Shown: positions 26,592 through 38,481, counted from the whole stretch's first letter. The stretch is 63,333 bases of DNA, filler included, from Dimorphilus gyrociliatus (GCA_904063045.1; 7 parts of 7 records of this genome joined end to end with filler, not necessarily neighbours in it); one strand, 5' to 3'. A program made the numbers and translations. The notes: generated by a model not told the origin, from the letters alone.

Positions 26592-27074
26592 GTCTCATTC
26601 TAAATATACCTTCTAATCCATATATAAATTTTCATTGAATGGGCCCTCTCATAAACTAAATGTGCAAGGGATCAACAGAAAACAGCCCCAAGAAGGATAT
26701 TTGAAGGCAGCATTTTGGGTTAAGAAATGGTTAGGTGGAAAAAAGCATTTATTGATTTGTAGTTAAGGGGGTCCCATCTAAGGTTTAGGAGTAATGAAAA
26801 AGGGTTAGGGATACATTTGGGATGGTTTAAGGTTAGGGTAAAACCATGCTTTTGGGGCTGTTTTTTGTCGCATCCAATGTGCAAATACTTTTCACTTATC
26901 AAAATGTGTAAACATGACATGTAGTTGCTTAAAAATTTATAGTGCCTAGACAGAATCAAGAGAAAGGTTTAACAATGAAAATTTAGTAATTAATAAAAAT
27001 TATTACAGAGTATCAGAGATAGTAATCAAGCTGTTTACAAATTAAAGCAAGTGTATGAATCCTTTTGAACCTAC

Positions 27075-27870
27075 CTAATCAGGGGAGAAATATAAACATT
27101 GTGTACTAACCATTATTGATGTTTTCCACACAATTGACATTAAGTACCCTTTTTTGTGAAAAAGAAGTCCTTGTTTCAATTGAACAGAATATTCTACCAT
27201 AATTTTCAGATGTTGCACAATATTGGAAATAATAAAATGACCTCTGTTGAAGGAAATTATTATGTTATCAATTATTTTATGAAATATTTTACAAACTTTT
27301 GGAACAAACTTTATAGGCTTGCATGAATGATAATCAATTGATTTATTAATTAAGCCACAAAGAAAGGTACATGCATCATATATTTGAACTGTATTGCTAA
27401 ATGCAGTTGGTATAATTCCAAAAGATTTTGACTTGATGTAGTATCTTAAGGATTGTTCCTCATCAAGAGTGAGTGAAAACAAATATTTTTCCAATAATAA
27501 ATGATTTAAATTTGCTAATTCTAATTTAATGTCTTTGAAAAAATAATATTAAATGTCTTACATATGAAGACACTTTTAAGTCATATATACCAACCATGCA
27601 GTTGATGAGAGAAGCATGTCATCATTAAACTAAAATTAAACTTTTGGAAACTTTTCTTATAGGTTTCATTTGAGTATAAAGCCAGTGAAACACCAAAAGT
27701 CAGGTTGTATTTTATATATGTTATAATGAAGAATTCAGCAAGTTTACAAAAATCATTTTTAGCTGAACTGTGACCTTGAATTAAATAATTCTTTTGTTCA
27801 TTTCTTAGAACTAAGTTATAGGTTTCAATTCTATCTTTGCTTGAAACTGGTATAGCAAAGATATCTGTAA
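27075..27870 (-). CDS. Exons encoding divergent extracellular modules paralogous to the GPCR ectodomain exons (same gene or neighbouring paralog; partial)
   Basis: YYIKSKSFG..CTFLCGL (27075..27494) versus YFIKSKTYG..CQVFCGL (23059..23412). Confidence 0.5.
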
Positions 27871-27990
27871 TAAATCAGTATGGAGAATGAAAAAGAAAAG
27901 GAACAAATGTCTAACAGGTAGAAACTTTTCTGAAACATTTCAACCACATTGCTCCATTGCTGTTTCTCCTGATATAATTTATGTTTGTTT

Positions 27991-28090
27991 NNNNNNNNNN
28001 NNNNNNNNNNNNNNNNNNNNNNNNNNNNNNNNNNTTAATTAATTAANNNNNNNNNNNNNNNNNNNNNNNNNNNNNNNNNNNNNNNNNNNN
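27991..28090. other. Artificial contig spacer 2
   Basis: 44 N + TTAATTAATTAA + 44 N. Confidence 0.99.
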
Positions 28091-28932
28091 AAAGGCTTTT
28101 TTTCTAGTTTATAAATTTTTTCTTTATTTTTAAAAACACAACCAACTGTTCTTAAGATGCTTCTAATTTCTTGTTTATTCGTACTTATTTGCGGTATTTT
28201 ATCTAAACTGACTTTAAAATCATTAATAATTAAAAGTAGAATAATAGAATAAGTTTGTACTCTTAATCTAAGTCTGGTAGAAAGTTTATAATCCTGTATT
28301 ACTCTCATAAAAGATGGTACTTTTTTTATTAAAGTTTTTTGTTCATTTTTTTCGTAACTCAAAAAAACCAATAAAAAATTCAAAAATTGAATTTCAGTTG
28401 AAAATTTTACATATTTTTCTTTGTGTTGTGCAATCCAGGGATCTACTTCATTGAACTTGGATACCTCATTAAACATTTTCATAGGAAACATATTTTCCAA
28501 GTTGTAAATTAATTCTGGATTATTTGTATCTTCCAATGGTGGTAAATATTCTACAAGTTCATTATTTGCTAATCTTTTTGGATCTAAAGTAAATTTATCC
28601 TTTGTTTTTAACATCCTTTTAGTTTTTTTAGTACCAAAGTTCATTCTTAAATCAGATAAAGAAGCATTGTTTTCTACATTTTGTGCATCATTTGCTATGG
28701 ATGTTTCAAAGTTATAAATGTTTGTTTTAAAAGCTGAAAAAGTTTGTTCATTTATACAAATTTTATCATCGCTTTCTTTTTCACTACTTAAAATATAGAA
28801 ATTACATGGAATATAACATTCTATAGCTTTTTGTTCAACTATTCCATCACTAGATGTTAATATATGTCGATTATTAATTTTTTGAACACAAATTTTACTT
28901 TCTGTTTTTTTGAAATTTGACAAAATAAACAT
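28091..28932 (-). CDS. RPA49: RNA polymerase I-associated factor A49-like (3' partial)
   Basis: LRMNFGTKKTKR and YLPP..IYNLENMFP resemble the A49 family. Intronless, CCCC just before the ATG. Confidence 0.65.
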
Positions 28933-28958
28933 TTTAGGGGATCAAATTTTTATTTAAT
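28933..28958 (-). promoter_or_regulatory. Microsporidian-type AAATTT + CCC-like start signal in a 26-bp intergenic spacer
   Basis: Minus strand reads ATTAAATAAAAATTTGATCCCCTAAA-ATG. Confidence 0.7.
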
Positions 28959-29231
28959 TTAAATAAGCCTCTTAAAGCTGCTTCCTACTGCCTTACCATG
29001 ACCTCCTGCACTTTTCCACACGACTGATCCACATCCTGAACAAGTCCTTGTAGCTTGAGTATGTGAATAGCAAGTTGTTTCACTGTGACAGCCACCACAT
29101 TTCACACTAATAAAGTAACCTTTAGACTCTGGAAATAGTCTATTTCTCTTACATGTTTTGATAACATCCTTTTCTGCTGGATTTAATAAATCTTTTACTG
29201 GTTTAAATTTTTCTGAATTATCTGCTGCCAT
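28959..29231 (-). CDS. RPS27: 40S ribosomal protein S27 (eS27)
   Basis: DLLNP, YFISVKCGGC, YSHTQ and CSGCG zinc-finger pattern; 90 aa. Confidence 0.95.
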   Translation of the reverse strand: MAADNSEKFKPVKDLLNPAEKDVIKTCKRNRLFPESKGYFISVKCGGCHSETTCYSHTQATRTCSGCGSVVWKSAGGHGKAVGSSFKRLI

Positions 29232-29989
29232 TTTAAGGGTAGAATTTTTTTAATTTTAAAAATTTTTAAGATAAAATAAACTCATTCTAAATTTTTTTTA
29301 TTCAAATTTTGGAACAAAGAAAACATAAATAAACCAAGGAATGGTATTTTAAAAGAAACCTAAGCTCAATTATTAATTATTTAAATCTGTTAGAGAACAC
29401 TTTTCATGTTATGAGGTTGCACATTTTATTGGTATTGCTATATATATTGTTTAAAAAATTCTATAAAAAATTTAATATTTTTTTTAATAAATTTTTTTTG
29501 GATTTTTAATTCACTTATTAAATAAAATTTGAACTTTTTTTAAAAATTGATTTTTTCGTATTTTTGCTTTCTTCCAAAAAAAGATTCGTAAAAATATAAA
29601 ACTGTATGCTTTTAAAAGTTTTACTATATTTAAATTATTTGATTAATTCCATCATAATTCGTTTATTGTAATTTTAAATTTACTGATTTTTTAATAAATC
29701 AGGAAATTGTTTTTTAATAAAAACTTCCTATTTTGTTGATTAGAAAATATTGGGGGTTTAAATGTCAAACATGTCATTTTTTAGTAAACATTCATTCGAA
29801 TTGGCACCAAAACCAAAGTTTATTTAAAAATTCTGAAAATAATTCTTTTGGAAACCGCTTATTTTTAAATTAAAAAACCATCTATAGCTTTGTGAATTAT
29901 ATTTTTATTTTATTAATATAATTTGTTTTAATTGTCAGTCGTATTTAGTATATTTGTGTTTATTTAAGAAGCTAATTTCTCAATTAGCA

Positions 29990-31480
29990 ATGGGGCAAAA
30001 AAAGGATAATCAAAAGAAGCTGGATCCACTTGATTATTCTAATAAAATATTGTTTACGAACTTTGATAACACCACTAATTTATTTCAAGACTATGATATT
30101 ATGACAGGCGAGCCAATCGACTTATTCATAAGGTCTGATGCAAAAAGTGATTCTAATCATTCGTTAGATGATTTGGATGTGCCATGTGAATTGCCTGATA
30201 CTACTAATTTATACAAGGAAAATGATGATAATAGCCCTCAAATTGGGCTATTTAATAAAATAAATAATAATTATAAAAAGGTCCTGAGCTGAGTAGTTTT
30301 GAATACGATGAAGACTTTTATGATAATGATAGTATACTGGACAATTATAATATTGGAGAAGATGTAAGTGCACTTGATATTAATCAGGTGATTGGGCAAT
30401 ATATGAATAATAATGAATGTCTGGATATAAACTCCAACCGTAATGCTGATTTTATTTCTAAAGAACAGTCCTATGATAATGTAAAATATTCCAGTGTTGA
30501 TAAAAATTTAATAGGCCAAGTAGAAAATGATTTAACTAGCAATCAAAAAAATATAAACGAAAATCAAGATTTGGCAAGTATGTCTAGAAAAATAGACGAA
30601 GATTTATTAGGCTATGAAAATACGTATCATAACTTTAATAAAACAAATAAGACCAGTTTAAATGATAATAGTCCATCTTTATTTGCCTTTTCACAAAATA
30701 AAGGTATTCCTAACAGAGAACATATAAATACAAAGCTTAACAACCATAAACGTATTGGAAAAACATATATGAACATAAACAATGAGACCAAAGAGATTTA
30801 GAATGCTTACATACACCAAAGAGTTTATTAGAGTTTTTTTCGAGCATCTTCAAAAAGATCTTATATTATATAAAAGACTAACGTTAAAAGAGAAAGAAAC
30901 TATAAAGTCTGGCTCAACTTTTGTATTTTGTAGTGATGCAATAAGAAGATGGACTGACCATAGAAGATGGAGCTTTAAGAAAAAAACAGGGATTTTTTTA
31001 GTTCATTTGGAATCATATATGACCCAAAATGCCAATTCGGATAACTTAGATACAAATTTATTGTTAAAAAAAATCATGAAATTGAGGTATCAAAAGAGGT
31101 ATTACACTGTTATAAATTATATAGGAATAAATAAAGAAAAAAATAGTGAATGTAGAAAATACATTGAAGAAATGAGAAAAGTAACAAAAAGACCAAACAA
31201 AGATGAACAGTTAGATTACTCTTCATTAGAACATTTACATGACCATTTGAGTATATCCCGATCAGATAAGGGGGCTTTCGTAATGGATCAGTACGAGAAA
31301 AGTGCTTTAAATAGACCAAGTTTTAATTTAGATAATTCTAGCCATCATAATTTAGAACATGAAAATTTGGAGTTTGCAAATTGCCCTTTTAATAAAGTAG
31401 GTAAAGTTAATAATAAATACCTAAGGAACCATTTACTAGAGCAAAAATATAAATATAAAGTCCCTTCAGATACGAAATAG
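29990..31480 (+). CDS. Gti1/Pac2 (WOPR) family transcription factor, probably one gene with two frameshifts
   Basis: ORF 30782..31480 has KRLTLKEKETIKSGSTFVF..IRRWTDHRRWS..GIFLVH..LLKK. Upstream ORFs 29990..30292 and about 30274..30801 are Asn/Asp-rich and overlap in different frames. Confidence 0.7.
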
Positions 31481-33879
31481 AAAAAATGTTAAAAAGAAAA
31501 ACCTTAAAATTGTACGGCAACTTTAAATTACCCGATCTGAATCTTGAAATGGAAATTAAAAATATATTAAAAGATGTATTTAAGGAGCGAACATCCACTA
31601 TAACTAAAAGTAGAAAACGCACATCTTTATCGTCTATCAACCTTAATGATAACTGAATAAAATGGATTATTTATTAAATTTATGATTATTTTTTAAGTCA
31701 AACAAAAAACCAAAAAAATCAACTTATCATAGAATTGTAATCTATCACTTGATTTTAATTATTTTTTTGACAACGAAAATAAAGGTATTTACTGACCATT
31801 TTTAGTCTTCAAAACAGTATGTTTTCTAGTTATATTTAATTATAACATTGAATAATTAATTCCATTTCCAATATACCATTAGAAATTAACTGAAGCCCAG
31901 CTGGATACCAAATAAACTTCGGTTAGGATAGAAAAAATAATAATCCAGATATATTTTGGCACTTTTTCTTTTGAGATTAGAAAAAATTGTCTAATTCTGT
32001 TAAACCTTAATAATCGCTCTTCTATAGTTTATTAATAGTAAATGGTTCAGATATTTCATATAATTAATATATATACTTTATATGATTAAGTATAGATAAT
32101 ATCTAAAACTAATGCTTGATAATTATATTATTAAAAATTTTCATTTAAATAAATTTCAATTTATAAGTTTATGAATAAATCAATGTTAGATTGTTTATTT
32201 TTATTTTACCTATTTTAAGCCAAATAAGTGTCTGTTAAGAAGAAAGTTTATATGTTTAACATTGAAAAAAAGTAATCTTTTTGTTTTTTCATGTGTTAAT
32301 TTATTTTATACTTGAATTACAGTATCTTAGCAAATGTTTTTATTTAATTATATTCTTATGATAAAGCCTGTCTATTCTGTTAGCAGATGCAGTTAAAAAT
32401 TATACAAGAAAGTCTTCATATTAGATATTCTACTATTAAGCTAGTAATATCAACAAATAACAAGTTTTATTTGTAAATTTACTTAGCTTTAAACGTTTAT
32501 CACCATTGCTATATACTTTTTTGTTCATAGCATCTAATTTCACTTTTTTATACAAAGAAATTTTAATCAAAAAAAGCAAATAAAATGAAATCCTCAGATA
32601 ATACATTTGTATACCTTCTATTAACTTAGATATAGAAAATTAAATAGTAACAAGCCTTTATAATCTAGGGGGATCTATATAGCATATTTATAGTAGTAAA
32701 ACAACTAATTCTAAAATGGCACTATTTAAAATTTTAAACTTCACCATTTATTTAATCTAAAAACTACAAGACTTTACATTAATTATTTCAAGACATAATA
32801 TATAGAAAATATGTTTGGAAATAATCTTCCTCTAGTGTATTATAACTCTATAAAATATTAATAACTAGTGTGATATACTTTTTGGTTATAAGCAAAAAAC
32901 TTATAATCTATAAATATAGAATTTCTCTTAAACTTAGGTGGACAAAGTAGTAAGGTTTAATTAAAAGATTATTTTTAAAGCAATAACATTGATAAGTAAT
33001 TAAAAGACTATATAAAATCTTTTTGTGATGTGTAAAAAATATATTTTAAGAGAGAATGTTAGAGTCTATAATACTTAATATACATTGAATGTAACACCCA
33101 ATCAGATTGAGTTAATGATCGAAGTAGGAGAGTACTTTCTTAAAAACAATAATTATAAAAAGAATAGATTATAATATGAAATAGTACGGTTTATATATAA
33201 AAAGAGCTAAAATAAAGGTTTTTGTCACTGAAAAATATTATAGAAAATTTATGTAGATCAAAACTTAAAAGTAGAAAATACACCATTTTATGTCCTTGAT
33301 ATACGATTATTAACATTTTTTGTGTAGTAAATCTACAAATAAGATAAAATATTTGAAATATTTTAAATAAATAAAAATAAATTCTTAAGATAAAATATTT
33401 TGAATGAATAAAAAATAAATTCTTAAGATAAATAAATAAATAAAAAATAATTTTTAGTTTTTAATAGAATTATAGAATACTAAAAAATTCCTTATTTGGA
33501 AATAAAATCTGTTTTTAAAAAATATCTAATTAATAATAATCGTAGATACCAATTGAGAAAAATGGTTTTATAATTTGGATATTTAATTTTTGGAATTTAA
33601 AAAAAATTACAAAACTTTTCTCGATCATTTTTGAGAAAAATGCATCAATTATTTGTTATAACATTATATATTGTTTTACAAAAAAGGCAAATTTGAAAGA
33701 TTTTTATAAAAAAAATTCTCTAGTTCTTTTTAGGTTTGTAACTATAAAATTTGTTTTATTTTTATTTTTTTTATAAATTTATAATTATAAGATAGAAAGA
33801 AAGAAGAAATATATTGTTTCTATTTTATTATGAAAAATAATTTAAATTAAAACTTTTATTTTTTTATAACCTTAAGAAA

Positions 33880-36309
33880 ATGAGTTTTAATAAAGAAAAT
33901 ATAAAAATACAAAAATATATAGAATGTGAAACAGAAATAATAAAATTATTAAATAATTTATTAAAATCAAATACAAAAGAAGTAGAAAAATATAAAAATA
34001 TATTTAAAGACACATTTTATATAAAAAGTTGTAACAAAAGAATAAAGGCTATGATATCAATTCTTGAAAGATTGGTGAAGATTTTTTTAAAAGATAATTT
34101 GGAAATAAAAAAAGATGAGATTTTAAATTATTTTATAATAATTGATAAAGAAGTTAAAAGTTGTAATTTAGACCAAAAGTTTAAAGATGTATTAAAAAAG
34201 ATAAAAATTGTACTAAAGGAAGAAAATACTAAAAATAATATTTTAAATATTAAAAAAATCAAAGAAAAAATCAAAAGTTCTAGATTAATTAAGAACCTAA
34301 AAGAATCTGTTTCATTCAAAAACATTCAAATTTATGTTATTTTTTTTATTTTAAAGCTAAAATTAAAAAAATTTTTTTTGTTCAAAATTGATGAGAGGTT
34401 TACAAAAAGTCTTATCTTGTATTGCTTAGTTTTTAATGAAAATTTTTATTTAAAGATTAAACAAATACTCTATAAAAGAGAGGATCTGATTAGCAATACT
34501 TTAGAGCGATTCTTGGGTAAAAAATGGGTCAATCATGAAGAATATAAAAAATCTGTATTTTCTAATGTAATTAAACTATTAGAGGAATTTAAAATACATA
34601 AAGCAATATTAGAATTGAAAAAAATGTCAGATTTTGAGTTGATTTTATCAAAAAATGTTTATCTCTGTCATAATAGTATATTAGTGAAAAATTCCAAACA
34701 AAATAAGTATATTTATAATATTCTATATTTTAATTTAATGTCTCTTCTTATGCTTTATACTGCAGATTATTATAAATGTAAAAAGCTACTTGATTTGTTA
34801 CTAATAAAAAGTAGAGAACAAGAAAGTATTTATTTCTCAAAAAGAATGTTATTTCTAGAAAGAATAGCAGGGATTCCCGGTGTTTATATAGACTTGGAAT
34901 TTGGACATTATTATGATTTAGTCTTTACAAAAAACACTCATTTAAATTTACTTAATATAAATAAACATGAAGTTAGTAACAACCATATTATTTTTCATGA
35001 TATAAATATAAATAATGAGTTTTTAGAACTTTCTAACAATTTTCTAAAAAACCATAAACTATTTAGGAATATTATTCTAAAAAGTAAGATTACATTAATA
35101 CGTGAGATAAGAAATTGTTATTATAAATTTGAAGATCCAAAAAACAATTTAATATTTGACTTTATAGACCATGCTATAAAAGGGAACATTTATGACTTTT
35201 CTACAAAATGGTATAATGACTCTTTGAGAGACGAAATCTTTGAAGTCTATAATAGAATATATAATCTAGTAAATGATAAGAATTCAAGAATAGAAGAAAA
35301 ATATAAAAATGTTTTTTTAGAAAAATTAAGCTCGATAAACAAATTAGAATCAATACAAAAAAATATAAAAGTAATAATATTAACATTTTTCTTATATGGA
35401 GATACGCTTATAATTAAAAACTTTAGAAATAACAAAAAAATTGAATTTAGATCATTTGATCAAAAAATAGGTGAATTTATATCAATAATACAAGAAAGTA
35501 GAAATTTGTTTAGTACAAAAAAAGGCGGAAATAATTACTACATAAACTATAAACTAAAAATACTAGATAAAAGGTTAAAAGAATTTTTGGAATATGAAAT
35601 TTTGTTAAATGATGATTTTTTGTATGATAATGTAACAACAACCAAATCAAATAGAGTTTTAATTATTTTAGATGATAATCTAACAGAAGTTCCCTTTGAA
35701 AGTTTCAAAACGCTAGAAATGTTTGATATCAGTAGAATTCCATCTGTTGAGTATATGAATTCTAATCTTAACACACAAAACAATAAACCTAAGAGAAATA
35801 TAGCATTTATAGATTATAACCAAAATTTAATTGAAACACATAAAAGGATAGTACCTTTCCTTAACAAAAAAAATATTAACATTACAAAAAGCTATTCAAA
35901 AAAGGAAAATATAGACAATCTATTTTACTTTGGACATGGAAATGGAGATAAGATTACTAATCTAGGAAAGATAGTCAATGAATTAGAAGGAAATACTATT
36001 TCTTATTCTGAAAATTTAGGATTTCCTAAGAATATTTTTTTATTTGGTTGTTCAAGTGTTCGAATTTTATATCAAAATAATTTTTTAAGAAATGGGATTG
36101 TTTTAGAATATTTAAAGCATTCTAACCTTATTTTTGGTAGTTTATGGAATATAACATCCAAAGATTTGGATAATTTCACTTTAGAATTTATTGATGGACT
36201 TTGTAGAGGAGACAATATATTTAATTGTTTTAGAAAAGCTAAAAGCAAAATGGAACTCTTTTATTTGAATGGCGCCAGTTTAGTATTCTATGGCTCGAAT
36301 TTTATATAA
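33880..36309 (+). CDS. ESP1: Separase (peptidase C50), 809 aa
   Basis: C-terminal LIILD..VPFES, ISRIPS, YFGHGNG (His), LFGCSS (Cys) and GSLWNITSKDLD. Confidence 0.92.
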   Translation: MSFNKENIKIQKYIECETEIIKLLNNLLKSNTKEVEKYKNIFKDTFYIKSCNKRIKAMISILERLVKIFLKDNLEIKKDEILNYFIIIDKEVKSCNLDQKFKDVLKKIKIVLKEENTKNNILNIKKIKEKIKSSRLIKNLKESVSFKNIQIYVIFFILKLKLKKFFLFKIDERFTKSLILYCLVFNENFYLKIKQILYKREDLISNTLERFLGKKWVNHEEYKKSVFSNVIKLLEEFKIHKAILELKKMSDFELILSKNVYLCHNSILVKNSKQNKYIYNILYFNLMSLLMLYTADYYKCKKLLDLLLIKSREQESIYFSKRMLFLERIAGIPGVYIDLEFGHYYDLVFTKNTHLNLLNINKHEVSNNHIIFHDININNEFLELSNNFLKNHKLFRNIILKSKITLIREIRNCYYKFEDPKNNLIFDFIDHAIKGNIYDFSTKWYNDSLRDEIFEVYNRIYNLVNDKNSRIEEKYKNVFLEKLSSINKLESIQKNIKVIILTFFLYGDTLIIKNFRNNKKIEFRSFDQKIGEFISIIQESRNLFSTKKGGNNYYINYKLKILDKRLKEFLEYEILLNDDFLYDNVTTTKSNRVLIILDDNLTEVPFESFKTLEMFDISRIPSVEYMNSNLNTQNNKPKRNIAFIDYNQNLIETHKRIVPFLNKKNINITKSYSKKENIDNLFYFGHGNGDKITNLGKIVNELEGNTISYSENLGFPKNIFLFGCSSVRILYQNNFLRNGIVLEYLKHSNLIFGSLWNITSKDLDNFTLEFIDGLCRGDNIFNCFRKAKSKMELFYLNGASLVFYGSNFI

Positions 36310-36364
36310 GATAATATAAGTTTCTCATTAAAGAGTAACAAATATTTTCCAAACAACCAACCCC

Positions 36365-37021
36365 ATGCATGAACCAAACGATTTAGAAAAAACCTATAAA
36401 TCTTTGTATATAAGAAGGGAAAATTTAATAAAATACATCAATCAAACACAAGATACACAACTAAGGTTCAAAGCTGTCCAAAGACTAAATGAAGTTGAAG
36501 AAGAAATTCATAAACTAGAATTTTCTAATATTTTGAAAAACCCAGCAAATGATAATCAAAATAAGATTAAAGCAAAAGAAAACACTAACACAGCTACAAA
36601 TGATGTTAAAAACACCTCTAATCTATCTTATTCTATAATTCAAGAGCTTAAAGATGAGAAAAGAAAAAAAGAAGAAATAAATAAAATTTTGGCATTTAAA
36701 TCTAATTCGTCTAATGATTTGAAGGAAAAAAATAGACAATCTTCTTTAATCAAAGAGTTCATAGAAAGGCATAAAAATGATAACAAGCTTAGTAAAGATA
36801 TAGAATCTAAATTAGTTGAAGATTCTTATAACTTTCTAGAAACACTTTTTAATGGAATAGAAAACATGTTAGAATATGGTTTAAATTTCAACCAAAAGAA
36901 TGTAGAAAATGTATATAAAAACTTATTTATTGATAAAAATGAAAGATATGAGTCAATTCTTAAACCTGACAAAAAACATTTAAAGAAAATTAAAAAAATA
37001 AATGAATTTAAAAAAATCTAA
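36365..37021 (+). CDS. Hypothetical coiled-coil protein, 218 aa
   Basis: Long ORF with CCCC immediately before the ATG, 55 bp after separase. No family recognised. Confidence 0.75.
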   Translation: MHEPNDLEKTYKSLYIRRENLIKYINQTQDTQLRFKAVQRLNEVEEEIHKLEFSNILKNPANDNQNKIKAKENTNTATNDVKNTSNLSYSIIQELKDEKRKKEEINKILAFKSNSSNDLKEKNRQSSLIKEFIERHKNDNKLSKDIESKLVEDSYNFLETLFNGIENMLEYGLNFNQKNVENVYKNLFIDKNERYESILKPDKKHLKKIKKINEFKKI

Positions 37022-37327
37022 CCTAATTTGTAAATATTAGAAGATTTTAAATGTTATTCCTAAAATATACAAAGAACTCCTTTTAAATAAAACAATTTCA
37101 AATGATTCTTTAACTTTTTATAGCAGATTAAAAAATTCTACAATTTTAAAATTAAATTTATAGTCTAAAATGTTATAAAAAATAAAATTTTTAATTAACA
37201 ATAAAAAGAACAACTCAAGTCGTATAATGTATGAATGAACAAACACCCAATATATTTTTTTCAATTAATTAATTCAAATGTTGTATTTTTTTAATTTATA
37301 TGAAAAATTAATATATAAACATCTTTT

Positions 37328-38481
37328 GGCAAGATGGAACTTAGGATCCCCTTCGATCAAAAATTGATTTTTTTGGAAATATGGAGAAATTGAAGAGAAG
37401 GGGATAAAAATAAAATAAAAAAAATTTTTTTTACAACATTTCTAAAGTACTATTTTAGCTCTTTTTAATTAAAAATTATTGAGATTAGTTTCAGAAACGC
37501 CTCTTTTTCATACTTTTTTCTAAATATCCATCTGGAAATAACAAAATCAAAATTATTATGTATGTTAATACAATTACGTCGAATATACCTTTTTATAACA
37601 CCCCAAGTGTTTTCTATTGACTGTGTATTCGCTCCAGTATATGGATCTATAAACTCTCTATCATGATTAACGGTGTCATGTATATAGCCTAGCTCTTCTA
37701 GTTTTATGTATCCAGGCCACTCGTCGGTATAAATAATGCTATCTCGATGTACATACCTTGTAACTATGTCATTGATTGTTTCCTTTTTCCTATCAGTCAC
37801 TTCAACAAAAAATGTTTTCTTCGTATAGATATCTATACCACCAATCACCCACTTTTTTTAAGAAGCCTACCTACATTATACTTTCTTTTAGAAAACATAC
37901 TTTCATCTATCTGTACTATATGACCAGGTCCTCCTATCATCTCATTTTCACTACTTATCATAAATGAATAAATTTTTTCGTCTATTTTTTGAGTCCATTT
38001 ACATACGGACTTTAGCGACAAATCTTGGAGTTCATTCGCTAATTCATTTTTATTTAAATTCGTATGCATATAAAAATATAGAAAATCAATGAATACATTA
38101 ATTTTAATTTTTGAATTTTTCAGGATGGTATTTTCATATAAAGAAATCGCACTTTTACATGAACTACACTTATACCTGTAAAAATCTTTATATTGTACAA
38201 TAGTGGCTCTTTTATTGATACATTTGGTGCATATCTTATATCTACTAATAAAACCTTTATCTAATAAAAATTCAACACATTTATTTTTATCTGAAGTTGC
38301 TAAAACTAATTCCCTATGGTTCATTAGAAGGTTAATATAATTTGTTTTTATAATAACAATATTTTAGAAATGTTGTAAAAAAAATTTTTTTTATTTTATT
38401 TTTATCCCCTTCTCTTCAATTTCTCCATATTTCCAAAAAAATCAATTTTTGATCGAAGGGGATCCTAAGTTCCATGTTACC
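37328..38481 (-). mobile_element. Merlin (ISXO2/IS1595-like) DNA transposon with 119-bp TIRs
   Basis: TIRs 37328-37446 and 38363-38481 start with GG (GGCAAGATGG vs GGTAACATGG, then identical by eye). No convincing TSD. Confidence 0.9.
37465..38324 (-). CDS. Merlin transposase (zinc finger + DDE), one frameshift in an A7 run near 37852-37858
   Basis: VQIDES..KRKYNVGR, (W)VIGGID, IYTDEWPGY, VNH..F, NTQSIENTW. Confidence 0.88.

Larger units (their letters stand above)
24305..26680 (-). mobile_element. Highly decayed mariner (DD34D-type) transposon split by three later insertions
   Basis: Manual translation gives NFEDLLKSVHP, ISQRAIHKQL, MIPHD..DQKR, DE..LYDSE, ILQHDNA and NPDLVTSDYYF in the correct order, with many stops. 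Confidence 0.6.

Noticed and set aside
26720-26850. TTAGG/TTAGGG-like motifs as a telomere
   Set aside because: Only a few scattered, non-tandem copies in the contig interior.
34128-35783. Short minus-strand ORFs within separase (similarly 16834..17109, 43334..43732, 51062..51250, 51538..51753, 57819..58073)
   Set aside because: Antisense shadows of real coding sequence in an AT-rich context, with no motifs.
37845-37862. Programmed -1 frameshift in the Merlin transposase
   Set aside because: The A run is not phased as a canonical X XXY YYZ heptamer, and homopolymer errors are common across the window.
37465-38324. Bacterial IS1595/ISXO2 insertion sequence
   Set aside because: It sits among eukaryotic genes with long TIRs. 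The eukaryotic Merlin superfamily carries this same domain.
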